From the IMG/VR virus record IMGVR_UViG_3300024999_000046: 63,831 bases of DNA. One strand, 5' to 3'. The stretch's first letter is position 1. Each line of letters starts with the position of its first letter. Source of the stretch: an uncultured virus (IMG/VR IMGVR_UViG_3300024999_000046) (taxonomy: Duplodnaviria; Heunggongvirae; Uroviricota; Caudoviricetes). The notes under the pieces were generated by a model. That model had not been told where the DNA came from. It did not search any database and worked only from the letters and a program-made list of their open reading frames with translations. Shown here in pieces: positions 56,479 to 63,831 of this stretch. The position numbers and the translations under genes are program-made.

Positions 56479-56913
56479 TTACACCCCAACTTTACGCATC
56501 TCTCTGTAATCAGTAATAGCACTTTTAGTTCCATTAAAATCAAACATAGGAGAATTAATTGTTCTTTCCCTAATTTCTATGTGTTTAAATGGACAAGATT
56601 TGATATTGCCCATCTTATTCTCTTTTCTTAAAACTTCTAACATATCAACATTTTCAATATGGAAGGTAATTACAAATTTTATTTTCATTCCCTTATCTTG
56701 AAGAGACTTCAATTTTATTTCAGCATCTAATTTGTCCGTATATGTATAGTATCCATTTGTAAGTTGTTCGGAGTAAGAATAGATATTCTTCCCACTTTGT
56801 TTATCATATGAAACTGAATTGACCCCAACATAATTTCCTTCACTGTCTTTAAGTGCAAATACTTTTAATTCTGTCATTCCATCTTCTCCTCTATAATTTT
56901 TTAGTGAAACCAA
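56479..56913 (-). CDS. Hypothetical protein (likely start 56877, MTELK)
   Basis: ORF track; SD GAGGAG. Confidence 0.6.
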   Translation of the reverse strand: MVSLKNYRGEDGMTELKVFALKDSEGNYVGVNSVSYDKQSGKNIYSYSEQLTNGYYTYTDKLDAEIKLKSLQDKGMKIKFVITFHIENVDMLEVLRKENKMGNIKSCPFKHIEIRERTINSPMFDFNGTKSAITDYREMRKVGV

Positions 56914-56941
56914 ACGTTTGATCCTTTCTAAGCTTGTTTTA

Positions 56942-56955
56942 GGAACGTATATTCG
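56942..56955 (-). promoter_or_regulatory. Putative LexA/DinR SOS box downstream of a SigA promoter (56972-57000)
   Basis: CGAATATACGTTCC vs Firmicute consensus CGAAC-N4-GTTCG; promoter TTGCTA-17-GATAAT. Confidence 0.5.
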
Positions 56956-57100
56956 CCCTTTGCCTAATTACATTATCCCACTTTGTCTACAAAATAGCAA
57001 AACAAAAATTAATCTTTTATAACCATTCTTTCGACAATATATCTTAAAATACTATATAATTATTTTAATATTATCACACCCTTTTAATTTCAATGGATTG

Positions 57101-57134
57101 AGTCTATAGTCCCATTAACTTGGGACTATAGACT
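57101..57134. terminator. Perfect 14-bp stem overlapping the repressor stop codon
   Basis: AGTCTATAGTCCCA-ttaact-TGGGACTATAGACT. Confidence 0.65.
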
Positions 57135-58116
57135 GTGTTTGTTTGTATGTTTCATACATTTCTTTTAATCCTTGCCATCCCCTTTCATCTAATTGTAAAT
57201 CTCTAAATAATTGTCTAAAGTTTTCTGATGTCAATTCGCCAACTTCATTTTCTTTCTTTAAGCATCTGTCTAATAATCCAGATTGAAATACTAAAGTAGG
57301 ATTTAAGAATTTAATTCCAGTATATTGTCTAAAATTCTTAAATCTTGCACCAATGTTTCCTACAGTTATCCTTTCTTCAGTATTGTTCTTTCTTCCGATT
57401 GTACGTAAAATATATGGAGTATCTTTAGTTGGTAAAATAGCAAATCTACCATCATCTAAACCATTTAATTTATGATAAGTATCTTCCAAACAAGCCATTT
57501 GTAAAATCTCCATAGTTCTAGGATCTACAGTTATCGGTCTTGATTGAGGAAATAAGATTTCACCGTAAGGATCTCTAGTAACAATAATTGTATTTGATTC
57601 GGGAATAAGATCAGTCTTTTTAATATTTCTTAATTCTTCAAAAGTATGATCTTTAATTGGTCTTCCCCTTACAGTCTCAAATAATAGTGCCACAACCGAC
57701 TTATCAGCGTAATTATAAAGCATGTCGCAATAATTATACATTTGTTCTCTAGTAATATAGGAAAGCTTTTGAGCTACTTGATGAATATATTTTGGTAAAT
57801 CTTCTTTTTTATCAACTAACTTAAGAACATTCATAGAACTATGGTTTTCTGCTAAACACCAGTCTAAATATTGCATAATGATTGTATAAGCAACACCTAA
57901 TGATTTAAGAGACTTTTTCTTCATTCCAATTAGTAATTCTTTTACTTCTTCATAACTAAATTTACATAAGTCTTTGTTTTTCTCATGTTCGAACCTGCTA
58001 ACGTTTTTTAAAATTGAGGTATTTGTCATCCGAGTGCTTTCATTTGGATATTTTTCATTAAGAAAACGATTCTTTTGCTCTTCATTAAATAATGTTCTTT
58101 CAATAGTGAATGACAT
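57115..58116 (-). CDS. YopR/MrpR-like master repressor (degenerate tyrosine-recombinase fold)
   Basis: Blocks FNEEQK, NKDLCKF, YLDW, YITREQ, NYADKSVVALLFE, FLNPTLVFQSG parallel SPbeta YopR as I recall it; no HxxR catalytic motif. Confidence 0.82.
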   Translation of the reverse strand: MSFTIERTLFNEEQKNRFLNEKYPNESTRMTNTSILKNVSRFEHEKNKDLCKFSYEEVKELLIGMKKKSLKSLGVAYTIIMQYLDWCLAENHSSMNVLKLVDKKEDLPKYIHQVAQKLSYITREQMYNYCDMLYNYADKSVVALLFETVRGRPIKDHTFEELRNIKKTDLIPESNTIIVTRDPYGEILFPQSRPITVDPRTMEILQMACLEDTYHKLNGLDDGRFAILPTKDTPYILRTIGRKNNTEERITVGNIGARFKNFRQYTGIKFLNPTLVFQSGLLDRCLKKENEVGELTSENFRQLFRDLQLDERGWQGLKEMYETYKQTQSIVPS

Positions 58117-59480
58117 TATGATACCTCCTCCTTATTTTCGGAATTAGAAATAATATCCTTGAAATAATCTAAAATCTTTTTAAAGGTAGATCGATTGACA
58201 TTATTTTCAATTCCAATTTTTCTCCAAATTTTATTTGACTTATTGAAGTCCAAAGATTTTAAAACTTTTAAAAACTTAGGCTTCCAATCATCACCATGCT
58301 TTTGTTTCATCAAATCTCCTAATATAATATATCCCATAAACATATTATCATGCGCCATATAAGTGTTTTCTCTGGTGTTTGATAATAATTCCAATTTAAA
58401 TTTAGAGTGATAAAGACCAATGACATTATTAAATATTTCAATAATATCATTCTCAACTTCTTCTGTTCTAATAGCTGGTTCCTCTTTAAGATCATAAATA
58501 AACTCAATTGTTTTTGATAGAGTATCAAACGTCATTAATTTGTTTTCAATTTTTAATTCTTTTTCGTTTAAGGCTATGCGATTAAACATATCGTTCTTGC
58601 TTTGGTGACTGTTTATAGCTTTAGCTACTTCCATGTTTGGATTAGCTGTATCTTTAAAATCGACCCATTCTGTTTGAATTGGGGCAGCTAAACTTTCTTG
58701 TTTTATTATTTGATTCGCACGTTCTTCTGTGACATGATGAATATATATTGACGTAACCCTATCAATTTCCGGCTTAATTTCAACTACTTTTACCATACCA
58801 CAAGTACGATTGGCCCCATCAATTATATCTACGAAAGTCGTAATATTATCTGGTTCAATTAATAAAGTTCTAGCTTTTGCGTCATATTTAAATTTCTCTT
58901 GTCCATTTATCTTTCTAATATTCCATATAATGGCGTTCGGGCAGAAAGTATTATCTAACATTGATGACGTAATTTCCGTAACTTTTTTACCACCAACATT
59001 AATTGATTCAACAATCTTATCACCACTTCTTCTTTTAAGAAGTTGTCTTTGAGTATTGGGATTGTAAGTTAATAAACCATTCCCCATATAAACCCCAACA
59101 TTTTGATAAGTGTCTTTGGTGCATAAAAATTGAGTTGCGCTAATTTGATCAACATTATGAAGTAGAATATATTTAACTTTTTCTTTTTCTAACTTTTGGT
59201 ATGTTTCAGCAAAAGACAATTCAATTTCAGTAAAATATTCATCTGGATCTATTTCTGGTTTGCGAGTATATCCATAGAGATACTTTGTAAATAAACACAA
59301 TTCTGTTTCTGATACATAAACCAAAGGAATTGCTTTAGTAAATATACCTGTTGTCCTACCCCTTGGAATCCCTCTTTCTAATAATTTAATTATTACTTGC
59401 TCTTGAACTTGATTGTCATTTGAATAATCTTCAATTACCAAATCAAGAACATCCTCAAGAACTTGACGGTCTTTTTTCAT
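58116..59480 (-). CDS. YopQ-like DndB/DGQHR-family protein (start reassigned to MKKDRQ)
   Basis: 'YNPNTQR', 'IIDGANRT' DGQHR-like motif; SD AAAGGAGG; translationally coupled to the YopR-like gene. Confidence 0.75.
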   Translation of the reverse strand: MKKDRQVLEDVLDLVIEDYSNDNQVQEQVIIKLLERGIPRGRTTGIFTKAIPLVYVSETELCLFTKYLYGYTRKPEIDPDEYFTEIELSFAETYQKLEKEKVKYILLHNVDQISATQFLCTKDTYQNVGVYMGNGLLTYNPNTQRQLLKRRSGDKIVESINVGGKKVTEITSSMLDNTFCPNAIIWNIRKINGQEKFKYDAKARTLLIEPDNITTFVDIIDGANRTCGMVKVVEIKPEIDRVTSIYIHHVTEERANQIIKQESLAAPIQTEWVDFKDTANPNMEVAKAINSHQSKNDMFNRIALNEKELKIENKLMTFDTLSKTIEFIYDLKEEPAIRTEEVENDIIEIFNNVIGLYHSKFKLELLSNTRENTYMAHDNMFMGYIILGDLMKQKHGDDWKPKFLKVLKSLDFNKSNKIWRKIGIENNVNRSTFKKILDYFKDIISNSENKEEVS

Positions 59481-59572
59481 AATAATTCCTCCTTTGAATA
59501 TATTAATTTTACATAGCTTTGACACAATCATGTCCACAAATAGTATATAATATTTTGCTATGTAATATTACC

Positions 59573-59601
59573 ATTATAAAACTATTATACTCAAAGGTCA
59601 A
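59573..59601 (-). promoter_or_regulatory. SigA-type promoter for the repressor operon
   Basis: TTGACC-17-TATAAT. Confidence 0.65.
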
Positions 59602-59651
59602 GAGAAATAGACATAATATATTTATTTTAGTGAAATTTATTATTAAAAATT

Positions 59652-60443
59652 TTAATAAAACATATTCTCATAAGTTTGTAACTTCATTTGTTCTTTACAC
59701 AGTAAATTGTTGATAAACATCAATAGTAAAGTTATGAAAATTATTGGCACACAAGTTATCCCAATGATAATATACAATTTTTCTATAAATTGTATATAGA
59801 TTAAAATATTGTTTCTCTCTATTAATTTTACAATGTAAGAAACTAAAGAAATTCTAACTAATACCATTAAAAGTAGACTATATATAAAGAACTTGTTTTT
59901 AACTATGGAGTTGAATAACTCAATTTGAACTGTACTATTTCTTCTCATTATTACAAATGAAATGACACATAAATACAATACTCTTGCAGGAAGACCTAAT
60001 AGAAAGTTGTAGTATACATTAGCATTAAAAAATGATATTGGTCTATCTAACAATGAGGCAATTAAGGGACAATATGAATATTCTACTAGTCCTACAATAA
60101 CGAATCCTGCTATTGTGTAGATTGCTGTCTTAAGGATTAATAAAATGTTAATGTCGTAACTGTTATTTATAACTATAAATTCCATGAGTAAAATCATAAT
60201 AATCATAGTTGAAATCATCATATTTTGCTGGGGTACAATTATTATGTATTTTAGGATATTTATCATTATGGATACTGGAAGCACAGCTAATGCAATCCAT
60301 TTTAGGCTTTTATTCCACATGTAAATGTCTAGAAGATTATTTAGTTTTAGGAATATTAGAGTTATTATTACGACGAAGGATTCTTCTGGGATTGATGTGA
60401 AGATTATGTTTAGGAAAATGTGGGGTAGGGATAGTGTTTGCAT
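59652..60443 (-). CDS. Multi-pass membrane protein, AgrC-sensor-like without kinase domain (paralog 2)
   Basis: About 7-8 hydrophobic segments, 'SIPEE' motif, no HisKA/HATPase motifs; adjacent to agrB. Confidence 0.7.
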   Translation of the reverse strand: MQTLSLPHIFLNIIFTSIPEESFVVIITLIFLKLNNLLDIYMWNKSLKWIALAVLPVSIMINILKYIIIVPQQNMMISTMIIMILLMEFIVINNSYDINILLILKTAIYTIAGFVIVGLVEYSYCPLIASLLDRPISFFNANVYYNFLLGLPARVLYLCVISFVIMRRNSTVQIELFNSIVKNKFFIYSLLLMVLVRISLVSYIVKLIERNNILIYIQFIEKLYIIIGITCVPIIFITLLLMFINNLLCKEQMKLQTYENMFY

Positions 60444-60488
60444 ATGGGTGCGCTCCTTTTTATTTTATTTAGTTAGATTGTATTTTAT

Positions 60489-61139
60489 TTAAGAATCTAA
60501 CTTTGAGTATACGATTTGTCCTATTTTACATACGCTAAACAATTCTAATAATAATCCGAAACAACTAGAAATTACAATTATTTTTAAATTAAAAAAAATG
60601 AAGACAATCATTAATATAGACCATATTAGTAAAAAATATAATGATTGCCTTTTAAGTTTTTTTATTTGCAAAATATCTATAATTCTATTGTTAGGGGTAT
60701 CCCTCGGACAATATCGAATACTTATATATAAACCAATAATTAAACATGTCATAAACAGCCACAATACGGATGATTGAGTCCAATAACAAAGAGTAAGTGA
60801 AACTACTAAAGCAGAACCTACAAATTGTGTAAAACTGACTATTATACAACCATTGTACGTATTCATATGATAACCACCAGCAGCAATAATTCTTAAGGAT
60901 GAAAATGTTAATATAATAGATAAAATTGATATTATAGAATTTAACATATTACCTACTAAAATACCTAAAATAACAGTGAAACATATTAATAAAAATCCTT
61001 TATATAAAGCACCTATTGGGAGCATCCATCCATATGTGAAGACTTCAATCTGATCTTCTACGGTTGGATATTTAGTGTTTGGTACATTCGAAGCTAACCA
61101 TTTAGCCAAATAATTTGAAACTCTTTCCACTAAACTCAT
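60489..61139 (-). CDS. agrB: AgrB peptide-processing protease
   Basis: 'EVFTYG', 'LRIIAAGGYH......C' with catalytic His/Cys, 'P.DTPN', multiple TMs. Confidence 0.92.
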   Translation of the reverse strand: MSLVERVSNYLAKWLASNVPNTKYPTVEDQIEVFTYGWMLPIGALYKGFLLICFTVILGILVGNMLNSIISILSIILTFSSLRIIAAGGYHMNTYNGCIIVSFTQFVGSALVVSLTLCYWTQSSVLWLFMTCLIIGLYISIRYCPRDTPNNRIIDILQIKKLKRQSLYFLLIWSILMIVFIFFNLKIIVISSCFGLLLELFSVCKIGQIVYSKLDS

Positions 61140-61166
61140 TAAATTATTTAATCTTCCTTTCTTTAA

Positions 61167-61940
61167 TCATGCAAATGCTACATGCTGACTTGCACTACGA
61201 TTGTAATTATTTTGATATTGGAATGTTTTCTGCTTGTTCATATTCATTAAGTATTGAACTGCTTCTTGTTCGTTCATTTTAAGATGGATAACTCCTTGAG
61301 CCTTAAGCATCGCAACTTCTACCAATAACATTATCTCTGAAGGACATTCCGATACTTTTTGAACTATCCCATTTTGACTGAGCCTCCTTTTTGACACACA
61401 GCGAATTTGTTCACAACTAATAATTGATTCTTGGGGCAATCCACAGTTTTTGGCCTCAACATGGGTAGGGAGCTTTGCCTTGGATTTTCTACTGGTGAGA
61501 GGTAAAATAATAGAAGTTGATGAGAAATGATTGCCCACATCGTTTTGTATAACTAAACATAAACGATTACCACCATATTCTGAATCAATGACATCACCCA
61601 AACCAACATAACAAAATGTTCCTCTTCGAACTTCAATGTTTTTAATTTGTTCCATATCATTGTTTACATAATTAGAGTAACCACAAGCTAAAGTTAAATC
61701 TTTTAATGAAACTCTACCTTCAGATGTATCTGCAATAATTTTAAGAAATTTAATGTCTGGATAAGAATTTATTTTCGCATTAAGTATATTAGCTAAATAA
61801 TCTGCATTAGTTTTACAATCAGCAGCAAATCCATTGGTTGTTCTATGCCCTTTTGCAGTCATAACGTAATTTGCCAATTTTTTAAAATCTTTCTTTGCGT
61901 TTTCCTCAGTAGTAACCTTTTTCATTAATTTGTTAAACAT
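61167..61940 (-). CDS. XRE-like HTH fused to MazF/PemK endoribonuclease (start reassigned to MFNKL)
   Basis: C-terminal half 'RRG...SEYGGNRLCLVIQNDVGN...PLTS..KAKLPTHVE...EQIR..SKRRL' parallels B. subtilis NdoA/MazF; N-terminal HTH-like segment; SD AAGGAG. Confidence 0.85.
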   Translation of the reverse strand: MFNKLMKKVTTEENAKKDFKKLANYVMTAKGHRTTNGFAADCKTNADYLANILNAKINSYPDIKFLKIIADTSEGRVSLKDLTLACGYSNYVNNDMEQIKNIEVRRGTFCYVGLGDVIDSEYGGNRLCLVIQNDVGNHFSSTSIILPLTSRKSKAKLPTHVEAKNCGLPQESIISCEQIRCVSKRRLSQNGIVQKVSECPSEIMLLVEVAMLKAQGVIHLKMNEQEAVQYLMNMNKQKTFQYQNNYNRSASQHVAFA

Positions 61941-62005
61941 AATAACGCATCTCCTTTTCATAATAACATATTTCATTTTCCTTGATACTTAACTTTATAT
62001 CTATA

Positions 62006-62033
62006 ATATTATCACAAATAAGAGATATGTCAA
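62006..62033 (-). promoter_or_regulatory. SigA-type promoter for HTH-MazF, agrB and membrane gene
   Basis: TTGACA-16-TAATAT with TG. Confidence 0.55.
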
Positions 62034-62057
62034 TATGTTTTATAAAATTATTTTTAA

Positions 62058-62093
62058 TTTTATAGGGGAGACTTTTTAGTCTCCCCTATAAAA
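62058..62093. terminator. Perfect 16-bp stem directly after agrD
   Basis: TTTTATAGGGGAGACT-tttt-AGTCTCCCCTATAAAA; no clear U-tract, so may be a stabiliser. Confidence 0.65.
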
Positions 62094-62102
62094 GAGTTTG
62101 TC

Positions 62103-62222
62103 CTATTTCAGACAACTAGGTTTTTTAGGCTGATAAGAAAATGCAAAAGAGAACATATGCGATGCATATAATGCGGAAGCAGACAATAAACCAGCAAGAG
62201 CAATGTACATTTTATTTTTCAT
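62103..62222 (-). CDS. agrD: AgrD-type cyclic lactone autoinducer precursor (39 aa)
   Basis: Manual: MKNKMYIALAGLLSASALYASHMFSFAFSYQPKKPSCLK; SD AAAGGAGGTG; leader + ring + YQPxxP tail typical of clostridial AgrD; near agrB. Confidence 0.9.
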   Translation of the reverse strand: MKNKMYIALAGLLSASALYASHMFSFAFSYQPKKPSCLK

Positions 62223-62268
62223 AATTTTCACCTCCTTTACTTACTTTTTTATACATAACAAATGTTTT

Positions 62269-63060
62269 CTAATCATTAAGATTATCATACATTTGATGTA
62301 CACGTTTTTCTATTCCAACTACATAATTAATCATATACCATAGAATTATTAAAAATATAGTTGGGAGACTTAAACACCATCCTATAATAAATATTTGTTC
62401 CAATATTGGTAAATTACATGTAATCAAAATATTATTATAACCTATTAATTTAACTACATAAATTAAAAAGAATATCAAAAATATTACTATAAAAATTATA
62501 ATGTGAGTTAATGTTTTGTTTTTAAAAATGATATCATATAATTTCACATTAACTTGTTCATTAACTTTAACTATAAAAAATGTGACTAATGAAAATTCTA
62601 AAATCCTGCAAGGTATTACTAATAAAAACATATATAATATATTCTCATTGAAAAAATTATATGATATTTTTAATAATGAAAATGTTAATGGCATATATAA
62701 TAGTTCTATGGAAGTGATTATTATAAATACAATCATTGTATATATAATAGTTTTGGCAATAAGTTTTCTTTCAGGATCAATCGATAATGTTTTAATAATA
62801 TAGTAAATTGTTGCACAAAATGTAATTAAAGAAATCATAGTAATCCACAATTTAGGTAAAATTATTATGTATTTAAAAACATTTATACAAACTGACATTG
62901 ATAATGAAGGAATCATGATCCATTTTATATTGTATTTCCACATTCTTATATCTAATAAGTCAAACCTTTTAAATAATATTAGCGTCATACAAGTTGCGAA
63001 TATTTCTTCGGGAAGAGAGATAAATATTGTACTTAATAAAGCATGGATTATGTTTTGCAT
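62269..63060 (-). CDS. Multi-pass membrane protein, AgrC-sensor-like without kinase domain (paralog 1)
   Basis: 263 aa like 59652..60443; shared 'S(I/L)PEE', 'LLDI.MW...KWI', 'KYIII.P', 'P.R.L'. Confidence 0.7.
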   Translation of the reverse strand: MQNIIHALLSTIFISLPEEIFATCMTLILFKRFDLLDIRMWKYNIKWIMIPSLSMSVCINVFKYIIILPKLWITMISLITFCATIYYIIKTLSIDPERKLIAKTIIYTMIVFIIITSIELLYMPLTFSLLKISYNFFNENILYMFLLVIPCRILEFSLVTFFIVKVNEQVNVKLYDIIFKNKTLTHIIIFIVIFLIFFLIYVVKLIGYNNILITCNLPILEQIFIIGWCLSLPTIFLIILWYMINYVVGIEKRVHQMYDNLND

Positions 63061-63098
63061 ATGTCATTACTCCTTTTATTTTTATTATCTTTAAGATA

Positions 63099-63127
63099 AT
63101 TTTACCATATGCAAAACACCATGTCAA
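63099..63127 (-). promoter_or_regulatory. SigA-type promoter for membrane paralog 1 and agrD
   Basis: TTGACA-17-TAAAAT with TG. Confidence 0.7.
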
Positions 63128-63137
63128 TATTTATTTA

Positions 63138-63734
63138 TTAATTTATATTAAGAAATTTAACTGAATGATAGACAATTATAAAAGCAAATAATCTACATAA
63201 AATATCACCTATTGATAAAATTGATGTTCCGAAATCGAATACATCTGATAAAAATATCAATCTTGTTGTATGGCCTCCAAGAACATAAAATTCACTAAAC
63301 TTAGAGGCATTCATAATCATATCATACTGTGTGTAACCAGTTGAATAAGACACCGATGGAAAAATTGGCATGAGATTATTGTTAAAATGCATTACAATCT
63401 TATTCAATGTAAAGCCACACAAGAGACTACAACAAGCAATAATATACTCCTTATACTTCTCATGCCTAAACAAAACATCAAGTCCCAGAATCATGTATGA
63501 TCCTAATATAGCATTTTTTATTATGTGTTGATATTGAAGAAAATAGTAATTTTGATTCATTATCGTGTATTGTAGGTAGACATAGAATATTGACATAATT
63601 ATTACTGGATAGATGCTCCATATTTTTAGTATTGGTTTTATATTGTACGATTCTTTATGTATTTGGAGTTTTCCTAGTTTTATGTATAGTTTTGTTTTTA
63701 TAAGAATCAGACTAAATATTAATGTCTCAACCAC
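63138..63734 (-). CDS. DUF5317-like membrane protein
   Basis: 'G..LN..V...N...MP', 'T.L.FLSD', 'LSIGD'. Confidence 0.7.
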   Translation of the reverse strand: MVETLIFSLILIKTKLYIKLGKLQIHKESYNIKPILKIWSIYPVIIMSIFYVYLQYTIMNQNYYFLQYQHIIKNAILGSYMILGLDVLFRHEKYKEYIIACCSLLCGFTLNKIVMHFNNNLMPIFPSVSYSTGYTQYDMIMNASKFSEFYVLGGHTTRLIFLSDVFDFGTSILSIGDILCRLFAFIIVYHSVKFLNIN

Positions 63735-63831
63735 TTACTGGCACTTCCTCTTTATCTATTTTTCTTAATTCACCAAAATCATAATTAATTGTATATTCGC
63801 GACACTCTAATTTCTTTTCTTCTATGTATAT
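63727..63831 (-). CDS. 3' end of an upstream gene (partial)
   Basis: Open frame ...IHRREKKLECREYTINYDFGELRKIDKEEVPVSG* overlapping the DUF5317 start. Confidence 0.45.
   Translation of the reverse strand: MYIEEKKLECREYTINYDFGELRKIDKEEVPVSG

Larger units (their letters stand above)
1..63831 (-). mobile_element. Segment of a large SPbeta-like temperate phage/prophage (replication, accessory and lysogeny regions)
   Basis: Gene order SSB-like, AAA ATPase, Zn-binding, helicase, primase, RecJ, DnaE matches SPbeta yorF-yorL; YopQ/YopR-like pair; dense co-oriented small ORFs; NAD ligase, RNR, HNHs. Confidence 0.9.

Noticed and set aside
57115..58116. Calling this gene the phage integrase
   Set aside because: Lacks the HxxR catalytic motif; sequence blocks and position beside a YopQ-like gene fit the MrpR-type repressor
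1523..63094. Numerous 60-110 aa plus-strand ORFs in the ORF track
   Set aside because: They are antisense shadows of well-supported minus-strand genes with no recognisable motifs; only 32016..32768 and 50508..50600 were kept
1..63831. CRISPR arrays, tRNA or rRNA genes
   Set aside because: No regularly spaced repeats or cloverleaf/rRNA signatures recognised by eye; tRNAscan-SE was not run

Overview
This window is an AT-rich, almost entirely minus-strand segment of a large SPbeta-like temperate phage or prophage from a low-GC Firmicute; a clostridial host is inferred. All family assignments come from motif recognition, not database searches. From left to right it carries: a partial homing-type endonuclease; a NUDIX hydrolase; a class II ribonucleotide reductase with a 125-aa mini-intein; RecD2; and an SPbeta-syntenic replication module (DnaE, inserted HNH, RecJ, primase, DnaB-like helicase, YorH/G/F-like). 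About 30 kb of small accessory genes follows (vWA, MT-A70 MTase, a plus-strand nuclease, HNHs, PcfJ, macro domain, NAD ligase, GHKL ATPase, SLT, four frameshifted genes). The main finding is at the right end, where YopR/MrpR-like and YopQ-like lysogeny repressor genes are preceded not by arbitrium (aimR-aimP-aimX) but by an Agr-type peptide cassette. That cassette has agrB, an unannotated 39-aa agrD (predicted Ser-lactone ring SFAFS), two kinase-less multi-pass membrane paralogs, a DUF5317 protein and an orphan HTH-MazF fusion. It is a candidate phage lysis-lysogeny communication system. A second pattern is a dispersed WTRAAA-N6-TTTYAW palindrome at gene junctions just upstream of ribosome-binding sites, often paired with an AAACCC...GGGTTT element about 18-20 bp away. 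No CRISPR array, rRNA or tRNA was recognised.
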